A DNA stretch of 64,000 bases, from NCBI RefSeq assembly GCF_000143415.4, contig NW_003314270.1:2101048-2165047 (forward strand). The letters run 5' to 3'. This document shows positions 25,290 to 37,351 of this stretch, one piece after another (the first letter of the stretch is position 1; every line of letters starts with the position of its first letter). Both the position numbers and the translations under genes were made by a program. Below the pieces are notes generated by a model. The model worked only from the letters and a program-made list of their open reading frames with translations. It was not told where the DNA came from and did no database searches. The DNA is from Selaginella moellendorffii. Taxonomy: Eukaryota > Plantae > Lycopodiophyta.

Positions 25290-26162
25290 TTCCTCCTCAA
25301 TTGAATGGTATTCCAACATTTCTATTTAGAGTGGATTTCTCTTGGATAATGGTCCCATATTTATGATTGAGCATTTCATATTTTAAAGTCTTAGTTGGAG
25401 ATATACTACACTTTCACAAATACTTAGATAAATGGAATGGCTTGTTTAGATCTTCAAAAGGATGATTGCAAAGTACATGAGCTTTCAACATTTAGATTGG
25501 GATGGTTATTTCCCATCCCTTCAGTATATGTATATTATATGGGTACAAAGCTTTGTTAGTGCTTCACCATATAAACTATTATATGGTCATGATTAGATAT
25601 TGCTAACAGAGTTGAGTTCCCCTTCATGATTACTATGAGCTACTGCTGTTAGATTCTTTAAAGAGCATTCTTCCACTTGTCCAAGTTGTTGAACACTTGG
25701 GCCACGTATTAATGGGATAACAATGGCATTACAACTCCCATCATCATCCATTTGTAGAGTATAAAGTTGATGACTTGGAGTTAATCCATTTTCATAATCT
25801 TATGGTACATGGTTTGTCTTAAGAGCTTATTGCTTAATGGAAGGGATTGTATTGGGTGTTATGGCAACTTAGACTGTAAGTTTATAAAATTTAGCATGGC
25901 ATTCAATAGGCCAATCCTCCAAAATTATACATATGTAATAGGTAAAACAAAAGACTAGGAACAATTGGCACAACCTATAAATGCACTAGTGTCTCTTCCT
26001 AATGTTCTTCTAGATGTTAACCAAAGAACCCTAACTACCTTTTATCCCTTTTAAGAGGGGATGATATAATGTCTAAGTGTATAGGTACTATGCCATATAC
26101 TAATATTAGCGTTGTGGGATTTTGATAACTATCAAATTGATTTTAGTTTGGACCATTTGCTC
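25290..26162 (+). mobile_element. Decayed Ty3/Gypsy integrase, PPT and LTR-start remnant (family C, second copy)
   Basis: Colinear with the reverse complement of 3510-4417. PPT AAGAGGGGATGA followed by TATAATGTCTAAG at 26065. Confidence 0.75.
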
Positions 26163-26235
26163 TTTTAAATAAGCTAGGGTTTTTGGACTAATTGATATGT
26201 ATATTTCTATATTCTATTTCCATATTCCATACACA

Positions 26236-26320
26236 CTTATGTATATCTGTGTATATATATGTATACATACATACACACACACACAAAGATATATATATAT
26301 ATGTGTAAACATATATATCT
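26236..26320. repeat. Compound (TA)n/(CA)n microsatellite
   Basis: TATATATAT, ACACACACACAC and ATATATATATATAT runs. Confidence 0.8.
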
Positions 26321-26417
26321 TGAAAACCAATAGTGTCTAAAAGATTATTTTATAAGTCACATATATGTCTTCAAATAATTCATGTATATGTGTTATAAAT
26401 TTATATATCTTACAGAC

Positions 26418-27425
26418 TATCGCAAATATGACTACAGGTATCAAAAGATATTTATTAGTATATCTTTTTAGATATTCTTCACTTACTACCAAGACGGCAA
26501 GAGATTGGTATTATTAAACCTTTTATCAATCTCTACATAAGCTAGTTGAAAAATTAATTTTCATATGTACACTTGGCTAAAAAAAAAATTCCTAAATGCT
26601 ATTAGTCAAGCATACTTGACTTGCTTAAAAAAATTCATTCATTAATTTACACTTACTAATGTTAAGAACTCCTGTAATATTAAGTTTAGTCCCTTAATAC
26701 TTACTAATGGATAGTTTACCATGTTTGCCAAGACACTCTTGCTATAATGATTTATGTGTTAGTTCCATTGGCTATTCATGAAAAATGTTTAGATTTACTA
26801 GTTAGACATATCTGCAGAATGTAGAGATTATCTTGAACACAATGGTGTTGTTTTTGCATCTAGATTCACAATTTATGACCATTTCATATATAGTAAATTT
26901 TCATAATTGTCATAAACACTAACTCCTCAAACTAAGGTGAAAGCCCAAAGCATGCATTCTTCATTAAGTATGACTAGCCAATTTAAGATATAGTCTAACT
27001 CCCTACTTGTGTGTTTGTCTTTATTTTGCATTTACCTTAAGTCTAAGCCCAAATTCCATACTATGTTAGTTGATAGAATACCTATAGTATTAAGGGGAAA
27101 TTGTACCAAACTCTATTTGGCTCCATTTTGCCTATTGGTTTTAGCTTGGGTCTAAGCCTAAGCATTTCATATTATGTTAAATGCTTTAAAACTTCCTTTG
27201 TTGTTCTATTCTCCTATCCCTATGCTCCTTGAGCCTTACACTTATGAATCATTTTGTGCTCCAATTCTTTCATCCTTGGTTGTATGCTTGAAAGTTGGTC
27301 TCTATCCTTTTGTTTAGTGGCTTAAAGCCTTGAAACTCAAAATCCATTTCACTGCCCTATTCAGTTTTATGATTATCCTATAATAAATTATCATAGGGTA
27401 AAGGGTGAAAACCATATATCTTACA
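26418..27425 (-). mobile_element. Old solo LTR of family B
   Basis: Starts TATCGCAAATATGACTACAGGTATCAAAAG and ends GGGTGAAAACCATATATCTTACA, the reverse complement of the family termini. Degenerate TSD CAGAC/TAGGC. Confidence 0.72.
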
Positions 27426-27624
27426 TAGGCTAATATATTTTTTTGCTATGTTGCCAGTTTATGTACACTTCTCGCCTTGAAAGATGTACCTCTCCTAAAA
27501 ACTTGCAATCATAAGTTACTTGCCATATGTAAATAATATTTAAGCAATAATATATATCACAAATTTATAATTAGCCACCAATATTATATAAAATAGAATA
27601 CATAAAAATCCAAATAATTTGTTG

Positions 27625-27870
27625 TATGTTGCATGCAGCAACCCTTGGTTTGCTTAATAATAGTGTTATTCCTATTTATTAATCAAATTAATCAAATTAA
27701 AGTTTATAATTATAAAATGTTTATAATTTATAAACACAAGATAAATGTTGTATATTAACTATTAAACGGTAGAATAACTAGAATATACTATACAAGATTA
27801 TTCTAAATGAATAACAACTGTTAGATGGTAAAATATCCCAGAGTATCCAAGAATATTCTAGGTATATCCG
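27625..27870 (+). repeat. AT-rich dispersed repeat (~220 bp), copy 1
   Basis: TTTGCTTAATAATAGTG...TTTATAATTATAAA...AAATATCCCAGAGTATCCAAGAATATTCTAG matches the reverse complement of 32170-32380. Confidence 0.65.
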
Positions 27871-28717
27871 TTACCACCTTAAATGTTTGCTTAAGCAAAC
27901 CAAAACTGTATCAACTTAAAAAATATATGTTTTTGGTTTTTGGTATATATTATATTCATCTTATTCTTCTCTAATAAGAAACCTAAAAATAATTAAAAAC
28001 CAAATGAGAAACATGTAATAAATATAATTCCTGAAATTCCAAAAAAAATCATAAAATTGCATTAAAACATGAATAGCATAATAAAAACTCAATATGGAAG
28101 AGGGACAAATTTGTGAACTGCTCATTGCCCTCACTAAACTTTAAGATGGACAACTATTTTTCAGTCCACTGATTTCCTCAAAGAACACTAAATTTCCTAG
28201 TCATTCTAGTAATCCTTGCGCTTATAACTAATCTGTGCATGTTATAAGTGATTGGAGAAAATTAGGCCTCAAATTATCTAGCTTTGACAATTTTGGATCA
28301 GTTCCTCTTCGCACAAAGAAGAAGACCAAGATTTGCGTGAGATAACAAGCATTTTTTTAGCGAGAATGGATAGAATAATTCACAAAAAAACATTAGCTGC
28401 TTCAAATTTACAGAAATTAAAATTAAGATGTGAAAATCCATGTCACAGCATTGACAATCTGGTGAAACTGCGAAGTGTTGTTACTTTGTGCCTTATTTTA
28501 TTTTTTCTTGATTTTCCTATCTGAGACTTTGGTCTTCTTGGTCTTGCTAGCAGCCCATGAGCTTGGTGAGACTGAGATCCTGTCAATTGCCCTTCAAATC
28601 TGAACTCGAGCCGTGGGTTTCCAATTACAAAATGGAGAATTGGAAATGAAGAAGATTGCATGGACTTGGTGGAATTAGATTTTTTTTGAATTTACATTTT
28701 TGATAAACAATAAAATG

Positions 28718-30196
28718 CTACTTCTGAGCACAGATGTTGGAGATCATCACATACCGCTCCGTCGAACAAGCACCACCAAAATTTCCCGACGAGCCAATCA
28801 AACCACGACCACCACCGTGAACCCGGCAAGCTCCCAGCAAAGTCCTCACTCCAACCTCATCCACGCTGCTCAAATCCCCAGCTTCCTCCACGCTAGACCC
28901 AATCCGCCCCAGCAAATCCAGCACGCAATTCAGATGCTCCGCCCTCGCCTCCACTCCAAAGTCGCCATAGATCGACGCGACGCAGCTCAAACCATGGCGA
29001 GCCAGCCCCGAGTGGCTACACGCCGACACGATGCAAACCACGGTGATACCATCCGGATCAATCCCCTCGAGCTTCATCCGCTGGAACAGCTCGAAAGCTT
29101 CCCATCCAGCGCCGTTTCTAGCATACGCCGCCACCATCGCGTTCCAAGTCACAACGTCCCGGCCGGGAATCTCCATCTCCTCAAACACCAGCCGGGCTTC
29201 CACCAAGTTGCCACACCTGCCGTACATGCTAAGAACCGCGTTCCGTACGCTAAGTTCTCGCAGGAATGAGCCCGCCGCCACCGTCCTCGCGTGGAGCTCC
29301 CGGCCCTCGGCTATGGCACCCGCGATCGCGCACGCGTCCAGGGCCTCGATCATGGTGACGCTGCTGGGCTTGATCCCGTGGAGCTCCATTGATCGAAAGG
29401 CGGCAAGCGCGCGCTTGGAGTCGCCGCTCTGGTTGAGCGCCGCGACGATCGATGTCCAGGAGATGCAATCCCTGGTAACCATTCCCTGGAAGATCTCCAT
29501 GGCTTGCTCGAGGAGCTTGGATCGGCCGTAGAGGTGGATGAGAGCGTTGCAAACTTTGAGGCTGGTGGAGAGCTCGCTGCTGTGCCGGATGATCGTCGAG
29601 TGTATCGACTTTGCCTCGTCGAGCAAAGAGCGATCGCCAATTCCCAGCGAGCAGGAATCCAGGAGGCTGATGATCGTCAGCTCGTCGGGCTTGATCCCCT
29701 CGAGGTTCATCCTCCTGTGCAGAGAGATCGCTTGCCAGGGATGCCCGTTCTGGCTATAAGTCGCGATCATCGAGTTCCAGGCCACAAGATCTCGCCGCGG
29801 CATCGCATCAAAGAGATCCTTAGCTCGATCCACAAAACCATTGCGCGCGTAAGCCACGAGCATTGTCGTCCACGAGCATGCATCCTTCTCTGGCGCCATT
29901 TCAAAACTCTCCATCGCTCGTTCCAAATGCCCATTGCCGGCAAATACTGCGAGCATGAGATTCCAGGAGTAGACGTTCTTGATGGCGATCCTTTCAAACA
30001 CAGCCGCGGCATTCTCGACGCGCCCAAATCGCCCATACATCTGAACCAGCAGATTCCCAAGAAAGGTCTCGCGATCTCCGCCATTTCTTGCGATCTGCGA
30101 ATGTGCGCGCTCCACCTCCGCGGCCGATCCGGAGCTCCGCAAGAGAGACGCGAAGATGGGCGAGTCTCGGCATTGGGCTTCTCCGATGGAAGGCAT
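28718..30196 (-). CDS. PLS-class pentatricopeptide repeat protein with a short E-like C-terminus and no DYW domain; intronless
   Basis: 492-aa ORF with repeated SWN.MIA.Y..NGH, D..T...LL.AC and NALI.MYG motifs, ending TLLGACRVHG...YVMISNICA. Confidence 0.93.
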   Translation of the reverse strand: MPSIGEAQCRDSPIFASLLRSSGSAAEVERAHSQIARNGGDRETFLGNLLVQMYGRFGRVENAAAVFERIAIKNVYSWNLMLAVFAGNGHLERAMESFEMAPEKDACSWTTMLVAYARNGFVDRAKDLFDAMPRRDLVAWNSMIATYSQNGHPWQAISLHRRMNLEGIKPDELTIISLLDSCSLGIGDRSLLDEAKSIHSTIIRHSSELSTSLKVCNALIHLYGRSKLLEQAMEIFQGMVTRDCISWTSIVAALNQSGDSKRALAAFRSMELHGIKPSSVTMIEALDACAIAGAIAEGRELHARTVAAGSFLRELSVRNAVLSMYGRCGNLVEARLVFEEMEIPGRDVVTWNAMVAAYARNGAGWEAFELFQRMKLEGIDPDGITVVCIVSACSHSGLARHGLSCVASIYGDFGVEARAEHLNCVLDLLGRIGSSVEEAGDLSSVDEVGVRTLLGACRVHGGGRGLIGSSGNFGGACSTERYVMISNICAQK

Positions 30197-30233
30197 TCCA
30201 TCGAAAATATCCTTTATCTATAGACAAAGATCT

Positions 30234-32001
30234 CTACAATCTATTAACAAGAAGTAGATCATTTGCTGGTGGAAGTTGTGTCCCTGCAATGAAATGCTTA
30301 AAGAGAAACAGCGCCTCTCCTGGCTTGTCTCTTGGAACCTGATGCCCAGCACCTCTCACCGACGCAAATGTCAATGAATCATACACCTCCGCTCGCCCTC
30401 CCAGATAGGCAATCTTAAATTGCAAACATCATCAAACTCTAGATGATTGAATTGATACTCTAAAGATTCACTCACCCCCTCGCCTGGGTACCCCCATCCA
30501 TACCATGAGGTCACGACGCTCAGGTTGAGTGCTTTGAGCCAGCGTCGAGTCGAGAGTGTGGAAACCACGCTATCCACATCCCCACTGCAATTAAAGAAAT
30601 ATTTCACAAAATGCAGTATAATCAAAACATTTATGTACCAACCTGTAAATCCATATTCTTAGATTATGCTCAAACAGATCTCTGTACACTGGAAGCATTG
30701 ACCGCTGCTTGTCGATTGGCAAGTAGCTCCTGTCGATGCTTGGGCTGCAAAGAATGATATTAGCAAGTTATTAGTAATTTGTACTTACTTGCATCTAGTC
30801 CAGCGCACCGGCCTGGTCTGAACGTGTAATGCAGCTTGGACTTCCGGAAGATTGAGATAGTTTGTCACAGCATCGAGGCAGGGATTGCACGTCGGCACTG
30901 AGTAAAGATTGTAAGGACTGACTTGGAGTTGCAAGATAAAGATTTGCAAAGAGATGTTGGAGCATTTCATGGATTCTTCTTCGGTTGCATTTGGTTTGTT
31001 ACAGTAGAGCTTCTCTCCTTCATAAAGTTCCTCGGAGATTACCGCATGGGCGAAGAGTGTCTCTCTGTTACCAGGGACGTCGTATAAGTCATCTGTAGAA
31101 GGATTGCCAATCTAGTGAAAGGAAAAAAACCATGGGTTTTAATTTCTCCAAGCACATGAAAACCACTTACCGCAAATCCTTTAAACTTGATTGGATTGTC
31201 ACCCTGCTGATTATGCCCAATAATCTTAGAAGCCAATGTTGGAATAAAATGCCCTGTTATATAAGGACATGAAAAAAAACCATAAAGGATGGAAAAGATC
31301 GGACCTGCAAAGCTCTCCCCTGCAATATAAAATTCGTTCTGCTTATACTCTGAGAACTTGGATAGAAACTCGATGAGAAACAACAACGAATCCACAGCTG
31401 TGGTTACACAGTCAAAACTTCATAATACAAAAGTACTTAGAAATTCATAAGTTTACTGACCAGTTTGATTGTCTGTCCAGAACCCATCATCTGATAGCAA
31501 ATTTGTAAACGAGAATCCGGTGTTGTAAGGAACCTCCAAAAAGATAAAATTTGCAGCTGTAAACTAGTATTACTATTGAATTTAACTTTGACTTAATCAC
31601 AACCAAGATCTTTGTTCCAGGAATATGGGTTGAGGAACAGCCCTGTGCCTGTAGCATTTACACGGAAAGGGCCGATTTCTTCGAGAGCTCCAGCTCCAAT
31701 GGATGAACACCCTGGCCCTGCGAGAGAAAAGAGAACTCGATCTACAGGTTGTATCTTATTACAAACCTCCATTGAGCCATAGCACCAATGGCAATGAGGA
31801 AGCATTTGGATGATCTGCCTCATAAAACCAATAGAAGAGTGAACGATCTGCAGTGGCATTGATCTGGATTTGGCCTGCGTAGTGCCTGAATCCCACTGCT
31901 GGCTGCCCTGGAAGGTCTTGCACCAGGTGTTGTGGATCTGCTGCAAATGCCAAAGCGATGTCGAGCAACATGACGCATAGTACCCATGATCCTCTCGCCA
32001 T
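30234..32001 (-). CDS. Serine carboxypeptidase-like protein (clade II), multi-exon
   Basis: Signal peptide, LPGQP, LWLNGG|PGCSS, GESFAG (catalytic Ser), SGDVDSVV (Asp) and GAGHQVP (His). GT-AG introns can be traced. Confidence 0.93.
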
Positions 32002-32169
32002 TCTCTCTACGGTCGAGAGCACAACAGTGACACGTACCTCTTATCCACACAGATCAAGGCCTGATCGATTTGAAGAGGACTTTCAATTGCTCCAGAACAG
32101 CTTAGTAATTTATTTCTCAAGGGTTAACGAAAATCTTCAAAACTATTGTTGACTTTCATTGACTAATAT

Positions 32170-32380
32170 TAAACATACTTGGAATATACTTGAATATTTT
32201 ACTATTTAACTGTTGTATTCATTTAAATTTATAAACTTTCCTAAACACATTCTAGTGTATTCTTGTTTTAATATGCAATAATATTAATCTTGATATATAA
32301 ATTATAAACATGTTTATAATTATTGATCAATTTGATTATGAATGATACTACTATTAAGCAAAGCATGCTACATGCAGCAA
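32170..32380 (-). repeat. AT-rich dispersed repeat, copy 2
   Basis: Inverted homolog of 27625-27870. Confidence 0.65.
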
Positions 32381-33550
32381 ATTATTCTAATGCTTTTTCC
32401 TCTCATTTTTCTTTGTTACAACTTGTGTGTCTCTCACTGACAAAAGTGACACTTTGACTACAAGAAGTCTTTATACGTTTCCTTTGATAGGCAAAATGGG
32501 ATTGGCTGGACATTAGAAAAGTGGGGTTGCATTATTGCGTGTGGGACTGGAGCTTGTGCTCGGCACGCGATTCGGATAAATGTCCGCGACTGAGATTTCT
32601 CGAAGAAGCGTCAATCGAGCCCACGCAAGCGTACAAACAACACAGCAGCTCATTGTATGGACGTAAAAGTTCACAATGCAAAGGAAAGATGGTGAAAGAC
32701 GTTTGCAACCTCCACCGGTGGGCTATTAGGTCAAAACCGCGAAAGGAATAAACAATTAAAACCATACAAAATGTTGTCATTGTAGCTTGGAGCAGCTTTG
32801 TTGGAGGCCCACCCACGATATGAATGACAAGAAACAAAGTTGGATATGTGGTCCACCCCCTCTTTCACAAAACTTTCACGCAGAATATACCCCAAAATAT
32901 CCGCGGGATATGCTTCCCGCCACGTAGTGCGACGCGGCGAGCCCTAAATCCGACGTGTCAGGGGCCATCATCGCGTCCGTCGGCAGGCTAAACCTGGACA
33001 GTCCGGATCACCCCACGTAGCTTGCTGTTTTGGCGCAACAGCGACCGTGGATGCGCCTGGCGCACGGACGGCTTGGATGGAGAGGGCTATGGAAGCTCTT
33101 TCTCGCGCGCCAATGTAATGGGAGGGCTAGAACACGACGGAAATGTACAGCCCTAGAGAGCTGTGAAGAGCGCTTGTGTGATCGTAGCGCTAGCACGGAT
33201 CATAGTAGCAGCAAGCGCAGCTTTTGGAGGATCGTACCATCTGCGCAACGTAACGGCGGCCAGATCGATCCCATCGCGACTCGCGGGAATTCCTCGTTTC
33301 TTAGTGACTCTCATCTTAGGGTATGTGCGGCGACGCTGCGCCATAGCTTGATCCTCGTGCTTATGCAGCGATTACGTCGCTAGGACGAGAGATTCTTCCG
33401 TCGTCGGCCACTCCTTTTCTTTCTTCCGGGCTGAATTATTTGAGAGAAGATCTTGGGAGGCTCTGTTCCTTTCCATTCTCTCTGGAAATATTTCGACTCT
33501 TCCCAGTTCTTGCGATGGATTGAGCGCCGGATCCTCGCAGATTCGCGGCC

Positions 33551-34850
33551 ATGGCGACCGACACAGCATCGGAATTGCGGGAAAGAGTGCCGCTCCACAA
33601 GAATCCCTTACAGGTCGTGCAAGATCGCCGAGTCGAGCAGCAGCAAGAAGATGGAGAAGAAGGCGAGCTCGGTTTCCGGCAACATATGCTAGCCGGCTCC
33701 TTGGCCGGGATCGTGGAGCACGTCGCGATGTTTCCAGTGGACACGCTCAAGACGAGAATCCAAATGATCACAAGCCCGTGCGGAGGGTCGGGAGCTACTG
33801 CCGCTGCTACAGTTGGATCGAGCAGCACGATTTCCAGATCGCTCGTAAGCTTGCTCAAGCATGAGGGTCCTCTGGGATTATACCGGGGCGTGGGAGCCAT
33901 GGTTCTGGGAGCCGGGCCTTCTCACGCGGTCTACTTCGCAGCCTACGAAGAATGCAAGAGGAGATTTGAGGTGGATGGCGGGGGGGGAGGGGGCTACCAT
34001 CCAATCGCTCATATGTCCGCTGGAGCTTGCGCCACCATTGCCAGCGACGCGGTCTCCACTCCAATGGACGTGGTGAAGCAAAGGCTCCAGCTCAAGAACA
34101 GCCCCTACGCCGGACTGGGCGATTGCGTGAGGAAGATCGCGAGGAGCGAGGGATTGAGAGGCTTCTATGCCTCGTATAGGACCACGGTGGTGATGAACGT
34201 CCCGTTCACTGGCGTTCACTTTGCTACGTACGAGGCGGCCAAGAAGGCGCTCGGGGAGCTCCAGGGTGGTGGTGGTGGTGTTGGTGGTATGAGTGAGGAA
34301 CACCTCGTTACTCACGTCGTCGCTGGTGGATCCGCGGGAGCTCTCGCCAGCGCTGTCACCACGCCGCTGGATGTTGTCAAGACCCGGCTCCAGTGCCAGG
34401 TATGCTGGATTCTTTTGCTTTGAGATTGATTGTGTGCTCTTCGGTTTAGTTTAGATGTTTTCTAGATTCGATGAGGTTTGTCATATTTCTATTTCTCTTG
34501 GTAGCTTAGATTGCTTGCTCGTTGTTCTAGATTTCCTGGCTTGTTTTAGATTCCCAAGAGCTGCATGATTGACTGTCCAGCTTTGGAGTTTTGTAGGACG
34601 CCCCTCCGCACGCTCGGAAGGCTAAAGTTTTCTCTCTTTTGGGGCTTTGCTCGTGTAGGGAGTTTGTGGCGCCGAGAGATTCAGCTCCAGCTCGGTGCTA
34701 GAAGTAGCGAGGACGATCGCGTCGCACGAAGGGGTAGGGGCACTGTTTAAAGGGATGATGCCCAGGATTTTGTTCCACACCCCAGCGGCAGCCATCAGTT
34801 GGGCGACTTACGAAGCGGGAAAGTCATTCTTGCAAAGATGGAATGGATAG
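33551..34850 (+). CDS. Mitochondrial carrier, mitoferrin/MRS3-4-like iron transporter (exons 33551-34399, 34659-34850)
   Basis: Three PxDxxKxR signature motifs; EHVAMFPVDT, GAGPSHAVYF and MNVPFT segments typical of mitoferrins. Confidence 0.92.
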
Positions 34851-35094
34851 AAAAGAATGTGAATCTTGTTTTAATAATATAGTTGCAAATCAAGTAATCA
34901 ATAGCTATGGTTTTGTTATTTCTCTAGTTAGAGAAAACGATTCACTCATACATGGAACTTTCTTTCCGTAATTCTTCTTTTATTATGTATCATTTTATTT
35001 ATATTCTCTTGCGCTGCAAAGTCAGTGATTTAATCAAAGCTTCGGGAAATTAATGCAAAAATACTTACTTTGCTTGTTCTGTACAGAAGTACTT

Positions 35095-36743
35095 TCAATT
35101 GGAAACCATGAGCTCCGTCTCCTTTACAAAACCATCGCCTGTCCAGTCCTTGTCCGAGGCTAGGCCCTTGCGAGCAGCGCGTCGGCTCCTAATCGCCTCT
35201 TGCTGCCTTTGGACGAGATCGGTGTGTGTAGTCATGTACTGCAAAGATGTCCTGGAACCAAAATTCACGAGTCAAGATATAGTTTGAGAGAGAGAAAGAG
35301 TTTAGAATACCCTCTGAAGTCGTCCAGCGATGTGAAGTTATGCTTGGCCATGAACGCTTGCAGCTCTTTACAAAGTCGTTTCACGAGTGGATAGCCATAC
35401 ATCATCACACCTGTGCAAACCTGAGAAAACAAGCCTAGACGTCGAAAGAAGCAAGCAAGCAAGCTAACCTGTACTGTATTAGCTCCTAGAAGAATGAACT
35501 CCGCAGCATTGTCTCCAGATTCAACTCCACCAATGCCAGAGAGAGAAATGTTGCGATCGGGATACTCGGACTTGAGCATCTGCGCAATCGCCATCACTTT
35601 TGCAAGAGCGATTGGACGCACAGCTCTGGACGAGTATCCGCCGGGTGTAGAGTACCTGAGACAACAACGTTTGACCGTGAAAATCCCAGTTTTAGAACTC
35701 AAAGGCATTACCCTTCAACGCATGGCTCAGGTCGTAAAGTATCGAGGTTGATACCCATGATGCTCGTTATAGTGTTGATTGCTGATAAGCCCTCGCAGCC
35801 AGCTTCGATTGCTGTTCGCGCAGGCTATAAAATGCACCATGAGTAGAAAGATCACGCACCAAAAAAAAGAATAAAAAAAGTGTGAGAGCTCCACTACCTG
35901 AGTGATGTCTGTGACATTTGGTGTCATTTTAGCCCAGACTGGAACTGTTGCCTTGGCATTTATCCAGCTGCAAACCTCGCCGAGAAGATCACAATCCTTT
36001 CCAACAGCAGCTCCCATTTTTCGCTCGGGCATTCCATGCGGGCACGAAAAGTTGATCTCCAAAGCATCCTGGAAGAGAAAAAACTATGTTAGAGCAATAG
36101 CAACCAAGTGTGATCAAACTTACAACACCAGTGGCCTCAACTCGTTCGATGATTTCTTCCCACGCATCCTTGTCGTATTCTTCCATGATCGAGCCGATTA
36201 AAATCCGGTCGGGGTATTCCTGCTTTAATCTCCGCAGCTCGGCCAGCATTGTCTCGAAAGGTCTGTCACTGATAAGCTCGATGTTCTCCCACCCGATCAC
36301 GTCCTTGGGACCATTCCCCGATCGCATGCGGGCATACCTTGGTGTTACATTGATCACTTTCGTGGAATCCAGAGACAACTGTCCAAAACAAGAAAAAAAA
36401 TTCGCACAGTGGATATTGCCCAACATTCCCGAGAATAAAGATTCCAGATTTATCCAGATGAGCAAGAGATCGATCGACTTACCGTCTTGGAGATCACGGC
36501 GCCCCAGCCTTCATCGAATGCCTTCTTCATGACCGTGTAATTCGTCCCCGGGGGCCCCGATCCGATGACGAAGGGATTCGGGAGCCTCAATCCATTGACA
36601 CTGACGCTGAGATCAGGCGCTCCATCTGCCAGATTCTCGGAAGAACACGCGATCCTGGTAGGAATGCCGCGATCGAAGCCGCCGCCGCGACGATCACAGG
36701 CGAGAGCTGGGACGAGCCCTCGCATCGAAACCGCTGCCGCCAT
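35095..36743 (-). CDS. PYD1: Dihydropyrimidine dehydrogenase, plastidic, multi-exon
   Basis: LPNPFVIGSGPPGTNY, IGWENIELISDRP, NFSCPHGMPERKMG, YSTPGGYS and C-terminal ...VKETELMVSN*. Confidence 0.95.
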
Positions 36744-37351
36744 AGCGCCTGCGCTAGACCTTCCTCCCTCCCTCCACGATAACCCTGTGATAAGCACGAG
36801 GGAAAGGTCGCGGTTCGATCCCCGCAATCAAAAGTTTTGTATTTTAGGGCTTAGTTACGCAAAACGTACGGACACATATTTTAGGGCTCTTTTCCGTTCA
36901 TACGGACAAACTCATTGCTGATGCCATTTCCACCTTTTATCTTCCATGGACGAAGAAGAATCTCCCATGGAATGGTTTGAAAGCTGGACAAGGCTTTGTT
37001 TCTATAGAGGAGATTCTAGTCCAGAATAAGTAAAGGCTCTCTCGCTTTCCCTTGGGACACCTTGGAAACGCCACCGGAATATCCGCCCGCGTCTAGGCGG
37101 CGCTCCCATTTGGCAGGAAGGGTGATGTGGCTATTCTCTGTAGGGCAGGCGCCCAGTGTGTGGCCTCGGCGGAGCCATTGCCTATTCCCCGACGCCATTG
37201 GAAATCCCCGCCCTGGTGGATGGATTAGGGAGGAGCGGCATCGCCTCTAGCTCGCGCGGTCGATTTGCGCCAGCGATATCGATCAATCGGCGGGGATCGG
37301 TGCGATCGATTGATCTTCCCTTCCGCCGAAATATTTCGGTTCTTGGCAGCG

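Noticed and set aside
28700-30342. Plus-strand ORFs antisense to the PPR gene (similar shadows occur over DCAF1, HOS1 and the AVT1-like gene)
   Set aside because: Expected shadow ORFs of GC-rich coding sequence.
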